The notes below the pieces were generated by a model, which was not told where the DNA came from, made no database searches, and worked only from the letters and a program-made list of their open reading frames with translations. DNA of 64,000 nt from Poseidonia sp. (lineage in GTDB: Archaea > Thermoplasmatota > Poseidoniia > Poseidoniales > Poseidoniaceae): positions 3,649-67,648 of the forward strand of contig JADHPT010000002.1 of the NCBI GenBank assembly GCA_016778305.1. The letters are read 5' to 3'. Made by a program: the position numbers and the translations under genes. Shown piece after piece: positions 10,057-19,919 of this stretch; within the stretch, counting starts at the first letter, position 1, and each line of letters opens with the position of its first letter.

Positions 10057-11076
10057 TCAATCGGTTAACGGTGGCCATTGCCCACCTTGCTGAATGGTAC
10101 CCACAGGCACATCACTGCCGTGGTCAACCACGACCTCGGTAAGACGGCAATTTGTGCCAACATTTGCACCTTCGCCAACGAGACAAGAAGTAAGGATTGA
10201 CCCGTCCCCAATGACGGCCTTTTCAAGAAGCGTGGAGGCCTTGAGATGTGCGGAACCGATATTGCTGCCATGACTGATCATCGATTGTTCAACGGTCGCT
10301 TCTTTGCTCAATGATTTGTAAGTAGCTTCATCAGCGAACCAGGAGGTTGTACCGGTTGGAACGAGGCCAGTGTTCCATCGTTGATGTAAAATGGATGCTT
10401 TCACGGCATCGCTCCAAGCAGCTGGGGTCCCAGCATCGATGAAGTAGCCGTCAAATGATTGCCCGCTCAACAGTTGTTCTGAGGCGAGATGTGGAAATAC
10501 TTCTCGTTCTATAGAATGCTTTCCATGAGGCATGTAGTCAAATATGTCATCTTCAAAGATGTATGAGCCTGCATTGATGAGGTTTGAAAACACCTGTTCT
10601 GGACGAGGTTTTTCCATAAATTGAGTAATGCGTGATGATTCATCGAGACCAACAATACCGAAGCGTGTTGGATCATCCACCTCCCACAACCCAAGTGTAC
10701 CTACAGATTTATTCTTGCGATGAAGCGAAAGCATTGATGAGGCATCAAGTGAAGAAATGATGTCCCCGTTGAAACAGGCAAAGGTGCCGCTCACTACATC
10801 TCGACAATTTCCAAGAGCACCGCCTGTACCCAGTGGCTCATCCTCTGGAACAATGCGGACGTCAAAGGGAGCATCGCTTGCTTTGAAGTACTCCTCAATT
10901 TGATCAATACGGTATCCTCCTGCAACGACGACCTCATCAACCATGTCCACAGGAAGTGAACTTACAACGTGTTCGAGAAGGGTCTTGTCCAAAACGGGAA
11001 GGAGCGGTTTTGGAATGCTGTGTGTCCACGGTCGCAATCGGGAGCCAACCCCACCCGCAAGAACCACGACCTGCAT
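10057..11076 (-). CDS. NDP-sugar synthase (mannose-1-phosphate guanylyltransferase-like)
   Basis: LAGGVGSRLRP...PKPL, EPLGTGG, NGD, EKP, INAG motifs; C-terminal hexapeptide-type repeats. Confidence 0.9.
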   Translation of the reverse strand: MQVVVLAGGVGSRLRPWTHSIPKPLLPVLDKTLLEHVVSSLPVDMVDEVVVAGGYRIDQIEEYFKASDAPFDVRIVPEDEPLGTGGALGNCRDVVSGTFACFNGDIISSLDASSMLSLHRKNKSVGTLGLWEVDDPTRFGIVGLDESSRITQFMEKPRPEQVFSNLINAGSYIFEDDIFDYMPHGKHSIEREVFPHLASEQLLSGQSFDGYFIDAGTPAAWSDAVKASILHQRWNTGLVPTGTTSWFADEATYKSLSKEATVEQSMISHGSNIGSAHLKASTLLEKAVIGDGSILTSCLVGEGANVGTNCRLTEVVVDHGSDVPVGTIQQGGQWPPLTD

Positions 11077-11212
11077 GACCTGACCCTCGGGCCACTATGA
11101 TATGAAAAGCGCGGGTTGATGAGATGCATCTTGAATCGAGGGCAGACCAATCGTGCATGGCCCAACAAAGTATTCAAAGACGGGCTTTGATACGTTACGT
11201 TTGGGAAGCGAC

Positions 11213-12421
11213 ATGAACATTCACGAATATCAGGGGAAAGCCTTGCTCAAAGCCAACGGCGTGCCCGTCCTCGAAGGCGTACACTGCATGACCGTAGAGG
11301 ACGCTCTCGCCGCCTACGATCAACTCGGCAGCAAGGTCGTTGCCGTGAAATCTCAAATTCATGCGGGCGGCCGAGGAAAGGGCACCTTGTACCACCCAGA
11401 AAGCCGCGCACACGTGATGGATGGCGGCGTGAAAATTGCCTTCTCACGGGACGAGGTGAACACCTATGCAACCAATATCCTAGGCAATGTACTGGTTACA
11501 ATTCAAACTGGCGATGAGGGTAAAATCGTGAACAATCTCTATGTTGAAGCCGGTTGCGACATCGCCCACGAATATTACCTTGCGATCCTCGTTGATAGAG
11601 AGAACAAATCTGTACTCATCATGGCATCGACAGAAGGCGGAATGGATATTGAACATGTTGCAGAAACCACGCCAGAAAAAATCCACAAGATCTCAGTCGA
11701 CCCCAACGCCGGCTTGCTCGGCTATCAGAAGCGAGACCTTGCTCTCGCACTTGGTTTGACGGGAGCAGCGCACAAATCCTTCGGCAAGGCTTTGAGTTCA
11801 ATGTACAGCATGTTTGTTGCGAGTGACTGTGCCATGCTCGAAATCAATCCACTTGTCAAAACCGCAGACGAACAGATTGTTGCTCTTGACGCAAAAGTCT
11901 CTTTTGATGAAAACGCAGAATTCCGCCATAAGAGCTGGGATGAGCTTCGCGACCTTTCAGAAGAAGAAGATGTGGAAATTCGCGCAAAGGAAACCGGACT
12001 TTCCTATGTGAAATTGGACGGCAACATCGGCTGCCTTGTAAACGGGGCCGGGCTTGCTATGGCGACCATGGACGTCATCAAACTCTACGGTGGCGAACCT
12101 GCAAATTTCCTCGATGTGGGGGGCGGAGCGAATGAAGAGCAGGTAAAGACTGCTTTTTCCATCATCCTTGAAGATCCTAACGTCAAAGGAATTCTGGTCA
12201 ATATCTTCGGAGGCATCATGCGCTGCGACATTATCGCACGCGGTGTGATCGCAGCAACTGAAGCCTTGGACCTCGATGTACCACTCGTGGTAAGGCTCGC
12301 AGGAACCAATGTCGACGAAGGCAAGGCGATTCTTGCAGCATCCGACCTCAACATCCACCCAGCTGACGACCTCGCTGAGGGCGCTCAACGAATTGTTGAA
12401 TTGATTGGAGGTGCTGCTTGA
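11213..12421 (+). CDS. sucC: Succinyl-CoA ligase beta subunit
   Basis: MNIHEYQGK start, [32 protein letters not shown]. Confidence 0.97.
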   Translation: MNIHEYQGKALLKANGVPVLEGVHCMTVEDALAAYDQLGSKVVAVKSQIHAGGRGKGTLYHPESRAHVMDGGVKIAFSRDEVNTYATNILGNVLVTIQTGDEGKIVNNLYVEAGCDIAHEYYLAILVDRENKSVLIMASTEGGMDIEHVAETTPEKIHKISVDPNAGLLGYQKRDLALALGLTGAAHKSFGKALSSMYSMFVASDCAMLEINPLVKTADEQIVALDAKVSFDENAEFRHKSWDELRDLSEEEDVEIRAKETGLSYVKLDGNIGCLVNGAGLAMATMDVIKLYGGEPANFLDVGGGANEEQVKTAFSIILEDPNVKGILVNIFGGIMRCDIIARGVIAATEALDLDVPLVVRLAGTNVDEGKAILAASDLNIHPADDLAEGAQRIVELIGGAA

Positions 12422-13344
12422 TGGCGATATGGATTGAAGAAGATGCAAAAGTACTCGTTCAGGGTATCACCGGAAAGCAAGGCCAATTTCACGCAGATAA
12501 GATGGTGGAATATGGTACTCAAATCGTCGGAGGATGCACGCCAGGAAAGGGTGGACAAAGCGTTGACCTTCAAGGCAAAGCCTTTCCAGTTTGGGATTCT
12601 ATGTTTGAAGCCATTGAGGCAACTGATGCAGATGCAACCGTCATCTACGTTCCTCCCCCATTCGCAGCAGAAGCCATCATGGAAGCCGCAGACGCCTTTG
12701 ATTCAATCAAAGGGGAAGGCGTTGTTGTCTGCATCACGGAAGGGATTCCCACACTCGACATGGTGAAAGCCGTCGCCTTTGTGGAAAACCGACCCGGTGT
12801 CCGTCTTATTGGACCAAATTGCCCCGGTATCATCACCCCTGGGGATGGCGGAGGAGCAAAAATTGGAATCATGCCCGGCCACATTCACGCAAAAGGTCGC
12901 ATCGGAATCGTTTCCAAATCGGGAACGCTGACCTATGAGGCCGTGGCTCAAACCATGAGCATTGATGAAGGACAATCGACCTGTGTTGGAATCGGAGGCG
13001 ACCCCGTCAATGGAACAGGTTTCATTGAATGTTTAGCAGCCTTTGAGGCCGATGAACAAACTCAGGCTATTGTCATGATTGGAGAAATCGGCGGTAATGC
13101 CGAGCAAGAAGCGGCTGCATGGGCTGCTGAAAATGTGACTAAGCCAATTGTTGGTTTCGTCGCTGGCGCAACTGCTCCACCCGGTAAGAGAATGGGGCAT
13201 GCTGGAGCAATTATCTCTGGTGGAAAGGGAACCGCAGAAGAAAAGTTTGCTGCTTTTGAAGCAGCAGGTATCGCTTGTGCCAAGGACCCTTCAGAACTAG
13301 GGAGTGTACTCCTAGAGTCGTTAAAGAAAGCTGGCCTAAGGTGA
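12421..13344 (+). CDS. sucD: Succinyl-CoA ligase alpha subunit
   Basis: [29 protein letters not shown] phospho-His motif; TGATG overlap with sucC. Confidence 0.97.
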   Translation: MAIWIEEDAKVLVQGITGKQGQFHADKMVEYGTQIVGGCTPGKGGQSVDLQGKAFPVWDSMFEAIEATDADATVIYVPPPFAAEAIMEAADAFDSIKGEGVVVCITEGIPTLDMVKAVAFVENRPGVRLIGPNCPGIITPGDGGGAKIGIMPGHIHAKGRIGIVSKSGTLTYEAVAQTMSIDEGQSTCVGIGGDPVNGTGFIECLAAFEADEQTQAIVMIGEIGGNAEQEAAAWAAENVTKPIVGFVAGATAPPGKRMGHAGAIISGGKGTAEEKFAAFEAAGIACAKDPSELGSVLLESLKKAGLR

Positions 13345-13353
13345 GAATTAGTA

Positions 13354-14631
13354 ATGAAAGATTTTGATTTTAATCAATATTATCAAAATCATGAAGTTGA
13401 CTTTACTTGGCTAGAAAAGCCTAGTCAGCACGAATTTCGCTGGCGCTGTGCTGATGGTAGTTGGCGAAAGTCAAAACGAAGAGTCAGTTCAATTGAGACA
13501 TTCAGGAAATCAATTTCTCAAGATAATCCTAGTGACCTCTACTTTTCCACATCTTCTTGGCTAAACCCTATTGATTTGCCAAGACTAAGTGATGAAACAA
13601 GACCTCACCCCATTCTTTTGAATCACTTGATTGTGTTTGATATTGACTTCGCCCCGTTATCTCTTGAGAACTTAGAACAGGCTAGAACAACAACACTGAA
13701 ATTACACAACTGGATTGAAAAAAATTATGATTATGAATTAATATCAATCTCATTCTCCGGTAGCAAAGGTTTCCATCTATTCTACCATGATCTAGACAGG
13801 AGTTTATTTTCCATTGAAAATGCAAGGGAAAGAGAACATGCCGTAAAAGCAGCGCGCAATAAATTGCTCCAAGAGGTATTGCTGTCAGGTTTCAAAGTAG
13901 ACCCAAGGATTACTGCTGATACCCGTAGAATCATTCGCTTACCCGGCAGTATACACGGCAAAACAGGATTATTATGCCACAGGATAAGTCTAGAAAGATT
14001 GAGCAAGAGCGTTGATTCTTGGATTGATCAAGTTCCTAGCTTTTTTGGGCAATTAGAAATGCCTAAGACTGCAAAGGCTCAAGATAAAACAACGGTAACG
14101 AAATACCTCAAAGAAAAAGAGGAACAAGTCGAACAACACACCTACATGATGGAAGTTAGCAATCACTTACCTGGAACCAAGGATAGAAGCGCACTAATCT
14201 TTTGGACACCTTATTCGTGGGGTACAGGTGCAAAATGCTTTGAACGTTTAAACACTCTAATAGAAAAGGAAAATCTAGACTGTTGTGCTATTTTTTCTGA
14301 TGGGGAAAGAGTTCTTTTCATTTGCCCTGAATCTATCACTAGGGCAAAGGTAGTAAAAATTCTAAGCGAGCTAGGTATTGAGAAATTATCGGAGAATCTA
14401 AAACAAAGAGAACATTATTGGGTTAGAATATCGGGTATAATGGATGATGATGGTATATGGCACAATGAGCCAAAGTTTATCTCTATTATTAACAATAATA
14501 ATTCAACATCAATTTTTTCAAAAGCACACTTAACATTACTAACTAAACTTGGTATTCCCATTGATAATTCTCAACATGATAAACTCGCAGGAAACAGTGA
14601 ACCAAGCATTAGAATGGTTGTTCGAGACTGA
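13354..14631 (+). CDS. Archaeo-eukaryotic primase (PriS-like) with C-terminal extension
   Basis: Motif I LIVFDID, motif II FSGSKGFH, motif III DPRITADTRRIIRLPGSIHGKTG; ~190 aa extra C-terminal region. Confidence 0.85.
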   Translation: MKDFDFNQYYQNHEVDFTWLEKPSQHEFRWRCADGSWRKSKRRVSSIETFRKSISQDNPSDLYFSTSSWLNPIDLPRLSDETRPHPILLNHLIVFDIDFAPLSLENLEQARTTTLKLHNWIEKNYDYELISISFSGSKGFHLFYHDLDRSLFSIENAREREHAVKAARNKLLQEVLLSGFKVDPRITADTRRIIRLPGSIHGKTGLLCHRISLERLSKSVDSWIDQVPSFFGQLEMPKTAKAQDKTTVTKYLKEKEEQVEQHTYMMEVSNHLPGTKDRSALIFWTPYSWGTGAKCFERLNTLIEKENLDCCAIFSDGERVLFICPESITRAKVVKILSELGIEKLSENLKQREHYWVRISGIMDDDGIWHNEPKFISIINNNNSTSIFSKAHLTLLTKLGIPIDNSQHDKLAGNSEPSIRMVVRD

Positions 14632-14649
14632 TTATTTATAGACTGCTTG

Positions 14650-14750
14650 CCGATACCTCAGATTGTCCCCAATGGAGTCTTAGGACTGTGACATTTTTCT
14701 AAAGAAGTAGAAACAATCGGTGACGGCGCTCGGGGACAGCGCCTAGCCAC
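14650..14750. ncRNA. Putative structured non-coding element (multi-hairpin, possible pseudoknot)
   Basis: Complementary pairs GGCGCT/AGCGCC, TGTCCCC/GGGGACA, GATTGT/ACAATC, AGTC/GACT and TTTCTA/TAGAAA within ~100 nt of intergenic DNA. Confidence 0.4.
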
Positions 14751-14764
14751 ATTTTTGTGATAAT

Positions 14765-15418
14765 ATGGTTTTAAGAAAATATATTTCAACCGTATCACTT
14801 TGTTTTCTCTTGATAGGATTAATCACACAGTCTTATCGTGATCCTGTTCATCCAGGATTATGGCTCACTTTATCTTGTTTTGTTGGTTTTGCATTATTTT
14901 GTCAAATACTTGTTAGCGTCGGGATTATGGAAATTTCGGGGCCAAAACAGGAAGCAAGAAGAGTTAGACTCGGAAATAATCAACACACTAATGATTACCG
15001 GTATTATCATTACAAATCAATAGTTGCTAAAGTACAATCAAGTGGAGTAACTGTAACTACCGTTGAAGATGCTATCAAGACATATTCAAGTTTGTTCAAT
15101 GTCGGACAAAAGGCAGCAAGGCCTTTTTTTCACAATCAGTTTGTCATGTCTACTTTGGGATTAAGTAACCAAGTAATAGATTCTCCTTCACAAGTCATAA
15201 ACCCATCTAACGATAAATCCAAAAAATTAGATTCAACCTTTTGGGATAATGTTTCAAAGGGTGTTGCAATAAATGAAGGAAACTCTGATGAAATTTGTGC
15301 AGACCCTAACTGTTCAAAGCCTGTGTCTGCATTTGATTTCCGTTGCTTCAAGTGCCGAAGTAGATTCTGTGGTGATTGTGAAAGTGGCAAGAGCATTATG
15401 TGCAAGGCATGTTCATAG
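14765..15418 (+). CDS. Membrane protein with C-terminal Cys8 zinc finger
   Basis: Two N-terminal TM segments; CADPNC...CFKC...CGDC...CKAC at the C-terminus. Confidence 0.75.
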   Translation: MVLRKYISTVSLCFLLIGLITQSYRDPVHPGLWLTLSCFVGFALFCQILVSVGIMEISGPKQEARRVRLGNNQHTNDYRYYHYKSIVAKVQSSGVTVTTVEDAIKTYSSLFNVGQKAARPFFHNQFVMSTLGLSNQVIDSPSQVINPSNDKSKKLDSTFWDNVSKGVAINEGNSDEICADPNCSKPVSAFDFRCFKCRSRFCGDCESGKSIMCKACS

Positions 15419-18196
15419 GAATATTTCTTTTCTGTGTAAAGAATTTTGAGGGATCATCGTAGATGCCTTAATGATTTCAACTCTCATTTTACCATCTTTA
15501 CTTCTTGCGTAAAATAGCTCTGATGGGCTGACAAATTGATTCCAATATTGCTGGAAGATTTCAGCCTTTTCTGATGATGCAGCCAGAATTTTGGGGACTG
15601 TGTGGTACATTACAAGTTTGTCTTTTACTGGCCTGAAAAACTTGGCAATAACTTCAGGCATGAGTTTTGATAACCATGTGTCGGTAATAAATTTGGAAGA
15701 ACGGGAAATAACATATCTTGGCTTGTCTAATGGTCCAAGTATTTCCTCTAAACAAGCAGTAAACAATGCACTCTCTTCTTCAGTAGCATTCTCGAGATGT
15801 AAGCGTACCCAGCCACCTCCTCGATTACCACCATCTGCCCGACAATTCCTCGAAACCATTCCAAGATGGATGAGGCTGTTGATTATTGAAAGTGAAATGG
15901 CTTTTACTAGAGATTCGTCAGTCCAAGGTGATTTTTCTCTACCAAACTTAAATCCGCCACCAAAACCAGTACTTAACCTAGCTTCGATTGCTGAAGTTGG
16001 TTTTGCATTAAATGGTTGGCCTATCCCCCATAATCCTCTGAGATGAGTCCTATTCCGGCTACGTCGCAACATATCTTCATTAAATGCTGACATTCCCTCA
16101 CTTACTCCTTCTGGCTCAGCCTCAGTAAATGCTGCATGAACATGGCCAACTCCTTTCTCAATTGCACCATCATCACATACACCATACAGTTGCTTATGCT
16201 TTTTCTTGAAACGGTCATAATCAGCAAAGCCATTGGTGAACTCTTCCGCTAAACAAACAATATCCCAATTATTGGCAACTTTTTCCGGCCAGTTTTTATC
16301 TAATCTTATTGAGCGACCCCTCAGTTGATTGATACTCATGCTGGTAGTAACAGTTGTTAGATCGATTAGTACGTTGATTCGTGATGCATCCCAGCCTTCT
16401 CCAAGAAGACCTCGTGTTCCAATAAGACACTTTGTAATGCCTGATTGGAAAAACTCAGTTATCATTAACGAATAGTGTCGGGGAATCCAGTCCTTGCCTT
16501 TACCAATAATTTCATGATAATCTCCTCTTAACTCATCGATCAAAGTTATTGCTAGGTCTCTTTCTTTTATCCAATTATTTGCTGCTTTAAGGAATTCTTC
16601 CGCAAGGTCATCATCAACAAGTACTGTACTACCTGTCATCAAAATCGGATTTAGTAAATCTACATTATCGCATCGTACTGCTTGTCTAAATGCTGCAACT
16701 GCGCCACCTGCTTCATCATCCATCACCCCTTCGACCAAAGTCGTGGCTGATGTTTTCTCAAAATCGGTTATTATTACTGCTCGGATATCCCCGCCTAAGG
16801 CTTGCATTTCAGAACTTAGAATTGTAGATATTGCCTTTGTTTTTGATGATGCATAGGCCATTATCCTGCCGACTGGTGAGGCGCAAGGACGAATCCCTGT
16901 TTCAGTTATTTGAGTGCCTAACATCCGCAACCTTTGAGTAACCAAGTCTGCTTTTTTATGGTCCAATTTACTTTCACTTCTGCGTAATCCATGCCTTACA
17001 TAGCGGTCTAATACTGGTCTTAGTATTGCCAGCTTATTTTGGTAATTCTCTAAAAGGTGGCTTGGTGGATGAGGTACTCCTGCTGGCAAATCACCATTTG
17101 TGTAAATCAAAAAAGCCCTAGCTGCATCGGCAAACGCAGAGTTTCTTTTGGCAAATTGTTTCCAATCTTCCTCCTTACCCCCTGGGGATTTTCTTTCATC
17201 AAGAGCATCAAAAATCCATTTATTAATTGGTGCTGTGGCATCTTCATAATTTTGTTCTTGATGTAAATCATCGAGTATTTCCTTGAATTCTTCATCAACC
17301 TGTGCAACGTAATTTAATTCATTTTGCGATGGCCTAACAAAATAAGCCAGGTCTTGGTAAGGAGCTAGGTTTGAATCTCTTACTAAAGCCGGCACTGGAA
17401 CTTCATAGTCAATATCCCCAAAGAATTCTTGATATCTTTTAGAATCAATCTCATCATAATGTTCAAAATCCGGCGGAGTTGCTGTTAGGCCAAGGACAAT
17501 TGGATTATCGAAGTATTCTCGTACCTCTGTAAGAACTCTACCCCAATGGTGTAGTAAATGATGACACTCATCCAAGATTATCAAACCGATACCAACTTGT
17601 TTTAATCGCTCCAAGGTTTTTCTCGATGATTCACTTAGAGTCCATAAAGCGTTACCATGTTGCGAGAAATCATCTCTAACCTTTTTTCTATAGACCGATA
17701 TCCTATCTTCGAAATATTTGGTGTTTTTCAGCTGTAAATCATTTATCCAAGCAAGAGCAGATTCATCATCGATTGCCTCTTTTTTAGTAATTAATGACTT
17801 TATCCAAAGTTCAATTGCAGCCTCATCTAGATTCTCTCCTCCCATCTTTGGCATAGTTATTGACTGATATGTTAGACTGGTCAATAAACCAGGGTTTGCT
17901 GGATCAGTACTAATAAATTCATCTTTCCCATCTAAATCAAAAAGGTCGGTTCGTGCTGCCCACTGTGCCTGAATTGCTGAGTTAGGAGAGAGGACTAAGG
18001 TCGGTTTTCTTACCAGGTCAGACCAAACATACAGACCTAGTACTGTTTTTCCGGAACCTGGTGGAGCAACTATGTGTAAGTGCTTTCCTTGTTGATCTAG
18101 TTCAGGTTCAATTATTGAGGCAGCCGCTATTTGTGAAGGTCTTAATTTACCATTGAATCTTATAGCCCCAAATTCTGGTAAAGTTTCAGTGCCCAA
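15413..18196 (-). CDS. Superfamily 2 DExH helicase (ResIII/XPB-like), 927 aa
   Basis: Q motif LRPSQ, Walker A APPGSGKT, DECHH, GLTAT, LLGEGWD, QLRGRSIR; TTG start with GAGGG Shine-Dalgarno. Confidence 0.9.
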   Translation of the reverse strand: MGTETLPEFGAIRFNGKLRPSQIAAASIIEPELDQQGKHLHIVAPPGSGKTVLGLYVWSDLVRKPTLVLSPNSAIQAQWAARTDLFDLDGKDEFISTDPANPGLLTSLTYQSITMPKMGGENLDEAAIELWIKSLITKKEAIDDESALAWINDLQLKNTKYFEDRISVYRKKVRDDFSQHGNALWTLSESSRKTLERLKQVGIGLIILDECHHLLHHWGRVLTEVREYFDNPIVLGLTATPPDFEHYDEIDSKRYQEFFGDIDYEVPVPALVRDSNLAPYQDLAYFVRPSQNELNYVAQVDEEFKEILDDLHQEQNYEDATAPINKWIFDALDERKSPGGKEEDWKQFAKRNSAFADAARAFLIYTNGDLPAGVPHPPSHLLENYQNKLAILRPVLDRYVRHGLRRSESKLDHKKADLVTQRLRMLGTQITETGIRPCASPVGRIMAYASSKTKAISTILSSEMQALGGDIRAVIITDFEKTSATTLVEGVMDDEAGGAVAAFRQAVRCDNVDLLNPILMTGSTVLVDDDLAEEFLKAANNWIKERDLAITLIDELRGDYHEIIGKGKDWIPRHYSLMITEFFQSGITKCLIGTRGLLGEGWDASRINVLIDLTTVTTSMSINQLRGRSIRLDKNWPEKVANNWDIVCLAEEFTNGFADYDRFKKKHKQLYGVCDDGAIEKGVGHVHAAFTEAEPEGVSEGMSAFNEDMLRRSRNRTHLRGLWGIGQPFNAKPTSAIEARLSTGFGGGFKFGREKSPWTDESLVKAISLSIINSLIHLGMVSRNCRADGGNRGGGWVRLHLENATEEESALFTACLEEILGPLDKPRYVISRSSKFITDTWLSKLMPEVIAKFFRPVKDKLVMYHTVPKILAASSEKAEIFQQYWNQFVSPSELFYARSKDGKMRVEIIKASTMIPQNSLHRKEIFL

Positions 18197-18208
18197 AAGT
18201 AACCCTCA

Positions 18209-19759
18209 TCATCTAGGAGGGCCACGCTTAGGTCCCTTCGGAAGGCCGCTTTTCGGACCGCCCGATGGAGGTCCTCTTGATGAGCCACCAGGTGGTCCCG
18301 GTTTCTTGGTTGGTGGTGATTTTGATGGAGGTGATCTTCCCGGTGCCTTAGATGGTCCGCCGGGTGGGCCGCCTTTGGATGGACCGCCGGGTGGGCCGCC
18401 TCTGGATGGACCGCCCGGAGGACCGCCGCTCTTCTTCGGACCGCCCGGAGGACCGCCGCTCTTCTTCGGACCGCCCGGAGGACCGCCGCTCTTCTTCGGA
18501 CCCGGAGGACCGCCGCTCTTCTTGGGACCGGGTGGACCGCCGCTCTTCTTCGGACCCGGAGGACCGCCGCTCTTCTTGGGACCGGGTGGACCGCCGCTCT
18601 TCTTGGGACCGGGTGGACCTGAGCGGGATGGAGTAGGAGCTTGTTCTTCCTCTTCTTCTTCTTCGAACACAGCGCCACAATGTGGACAAGTGGAGTCGCT
18701 TTCTTTCACCAAACCATCGCATATTTCACATGCAAACATGTCTTCTTCTGGTTCCTCTTCGCCGATTTTCTCTGTTTTGCCATCCTTGGAACGGAACAAT
18801 GTCACGGTACATGACAGGTCATATCCCTTGAGGGCCATTTCAGTTTGGATGGCATGTTCAAAGGCTTGCGTCAAATCTTCGGGAGTATCCAACACTCTTC
18901 CATCGTCAACATAGGTCACATTCACCTGGAAAACATCTCCTTCCAGCTTACATTGTGGGGCTTCAACGGCAACACCACGTTTTCGTGCTACCCTGCGAAT
19001 GGCAACTTCAGAGATTCTACGGAGAAGTGCATCATTGGGCGCATCATTACTGCTGCCACCAAGAGCGCCTGCCATGATCTCCGCAGCAGGGTTGACTGCA
19101 TCAGCACCTCCTGCACGGAGATGGGCTGGAAGCTCTCCTCCCCCAAGGTTTGCAAGGACGTTTGAGGCAGGTGATTGGTTCATCGAAAGCCATTGACTAC
19201 GTCGCTCATCTTTGACCGCTCGCTCAGCTTCTGCCAAACGATTGACCATAGCATCGGTTGGTGAATTGGCGGGATTGTGCGCGATTTTCGTTCCTCCGGG
19301 AGAAAGTGGGGAGACGTTATTGGTTGCAGGAAGAGCGCCGCTTGCAATCGACGGCCCGCGAGGGATGGTTGGCAAATCAGATGCAGGTGGCATATTCGTT
19401 GGTTGAGGTTGGGGGGGGAATTGGTTGTTCGGGAGATAACCGCCTTGCAAAGGTTGGTTGGGATAAACGCCAGGTGGAAGATTTGGTTGTTGTTGAATAC
19501 CTTGTGCCATACCCTGCAACATATCGGGGGAGATTTGACCCATTTGGTTCATATTATGTTCCTGTTGCATCCGTTGGTCATGGCCTGCGACGGGGTCAAA
19601 TGTACGTGGTTGTTGAGGGAAAGGAGGAAGATTTTGAGGTATGTGTTGAGGGGGGTTTGGCTGGAAGCCTCCAGCAACTGTGTTATCTTGCCTTGCGCCG
19701 CATTCAGGGCAGAACATACTGTCTGCTGGAATAACTTCTCCACAAGAACCGCAATTCAT
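18209..19759 (-). CDS. Double zinc-ribbon protein with Q/P-rich region and Gly-Pro-Lys repeat tail
   Basis: MNCGSC...CPEC, a second CEIC...CPHC ribbon, poly-Glu, then GPPG(G)PKKSG repeats. Confidence 0.85.
   Translation of the reverse strand: MNCGSCGEVIPADSMFCPECGARQDNTVAGGFQPNPPQHIPQNLPPFPQQPRTFDPVAGHDQRMQQEHNMNQMGQISPDMLQGMAQGIQQQPNLPPGVYPNQPLQGGYLPNNQFPPQPQPTNMPPASDLPTIPRGPSIASGALPATNNVSPLSPGGTKIAHNPANSPTDAMVNRLAEAERAVKDERRSQWLSMNQSPASNVLANLGGGELPAHLRAGGADAVNPAAEIMAGALGGSSNDAPNDALLRRISEVAIRRVARKRGVAVEAPQCKLEGDVFQVNVTYVDDGRVLDTPEDLTQAFEHAIQTEMALKGYDLSCTVTLFRSKDGKTEKIGEEEPEEDMFACEICDGLVKESDSTCPHCGAVFEEEEEEEQAPTPSRSGPPGPKKSGGPPGPKKSGGPPGPKKSGGPPGPKKSGGPPGPKKSGGPPGGPKKSGGPPGGPKKSGGPPGGPSRGGPPGGPSKGGPPGGPSKAPGRSPPSKSPPTKKPGPPGGSSRGPPSGGPKSGLPKGPKRGPPR
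18346..18620 (-). repeat. Coding tandem repeat of 27/30-bp units
   Basis: Encodes 5x GPPGPKKSG, 2x GPPGGPKKSG and 3x GPPGGPS(R/K); plus-strand core ggaccgccgctcttctt recurs seven times. Confidence 0.95.
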
Positions 19760-19919
19760 GGTGCCCTCTCCTGTAAGATACGCTTGGGTCACCCTTCCTA
19801 AAGCATTGTGTAAAAAAGCCATCAATTCCTACCACATCTGAGGAGATATTGCTTTGCAAGAACTTCTCGACACATATCTTGATGGAGAGGAGGAATCTGG
19901 GGCAGACTGGTGCGGTTGT

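Noticed and set aside
14650-14750. Assignment of the structured element to hammerhead, HDV, pistol or fluoride-riboswitch families
   Set aside because: Required conserved cores (e.g. CUGANGA/GAAA in the right junction) could not be placed on either strand; left unassigned.
18346-18620. Possible CRISPR array
   Set aside because: Units are contiguous, multiples of 3 nt, have no unique spacers and lie in a coding frame.
18153-18914. Long alternative-frame and antisense ORFs over the repeat (253, 172, 124 aa)
   Set aside because: Shadows of a stop-free GC-rich repeat; the minus-strand zinc-ribbon frame explains the region.
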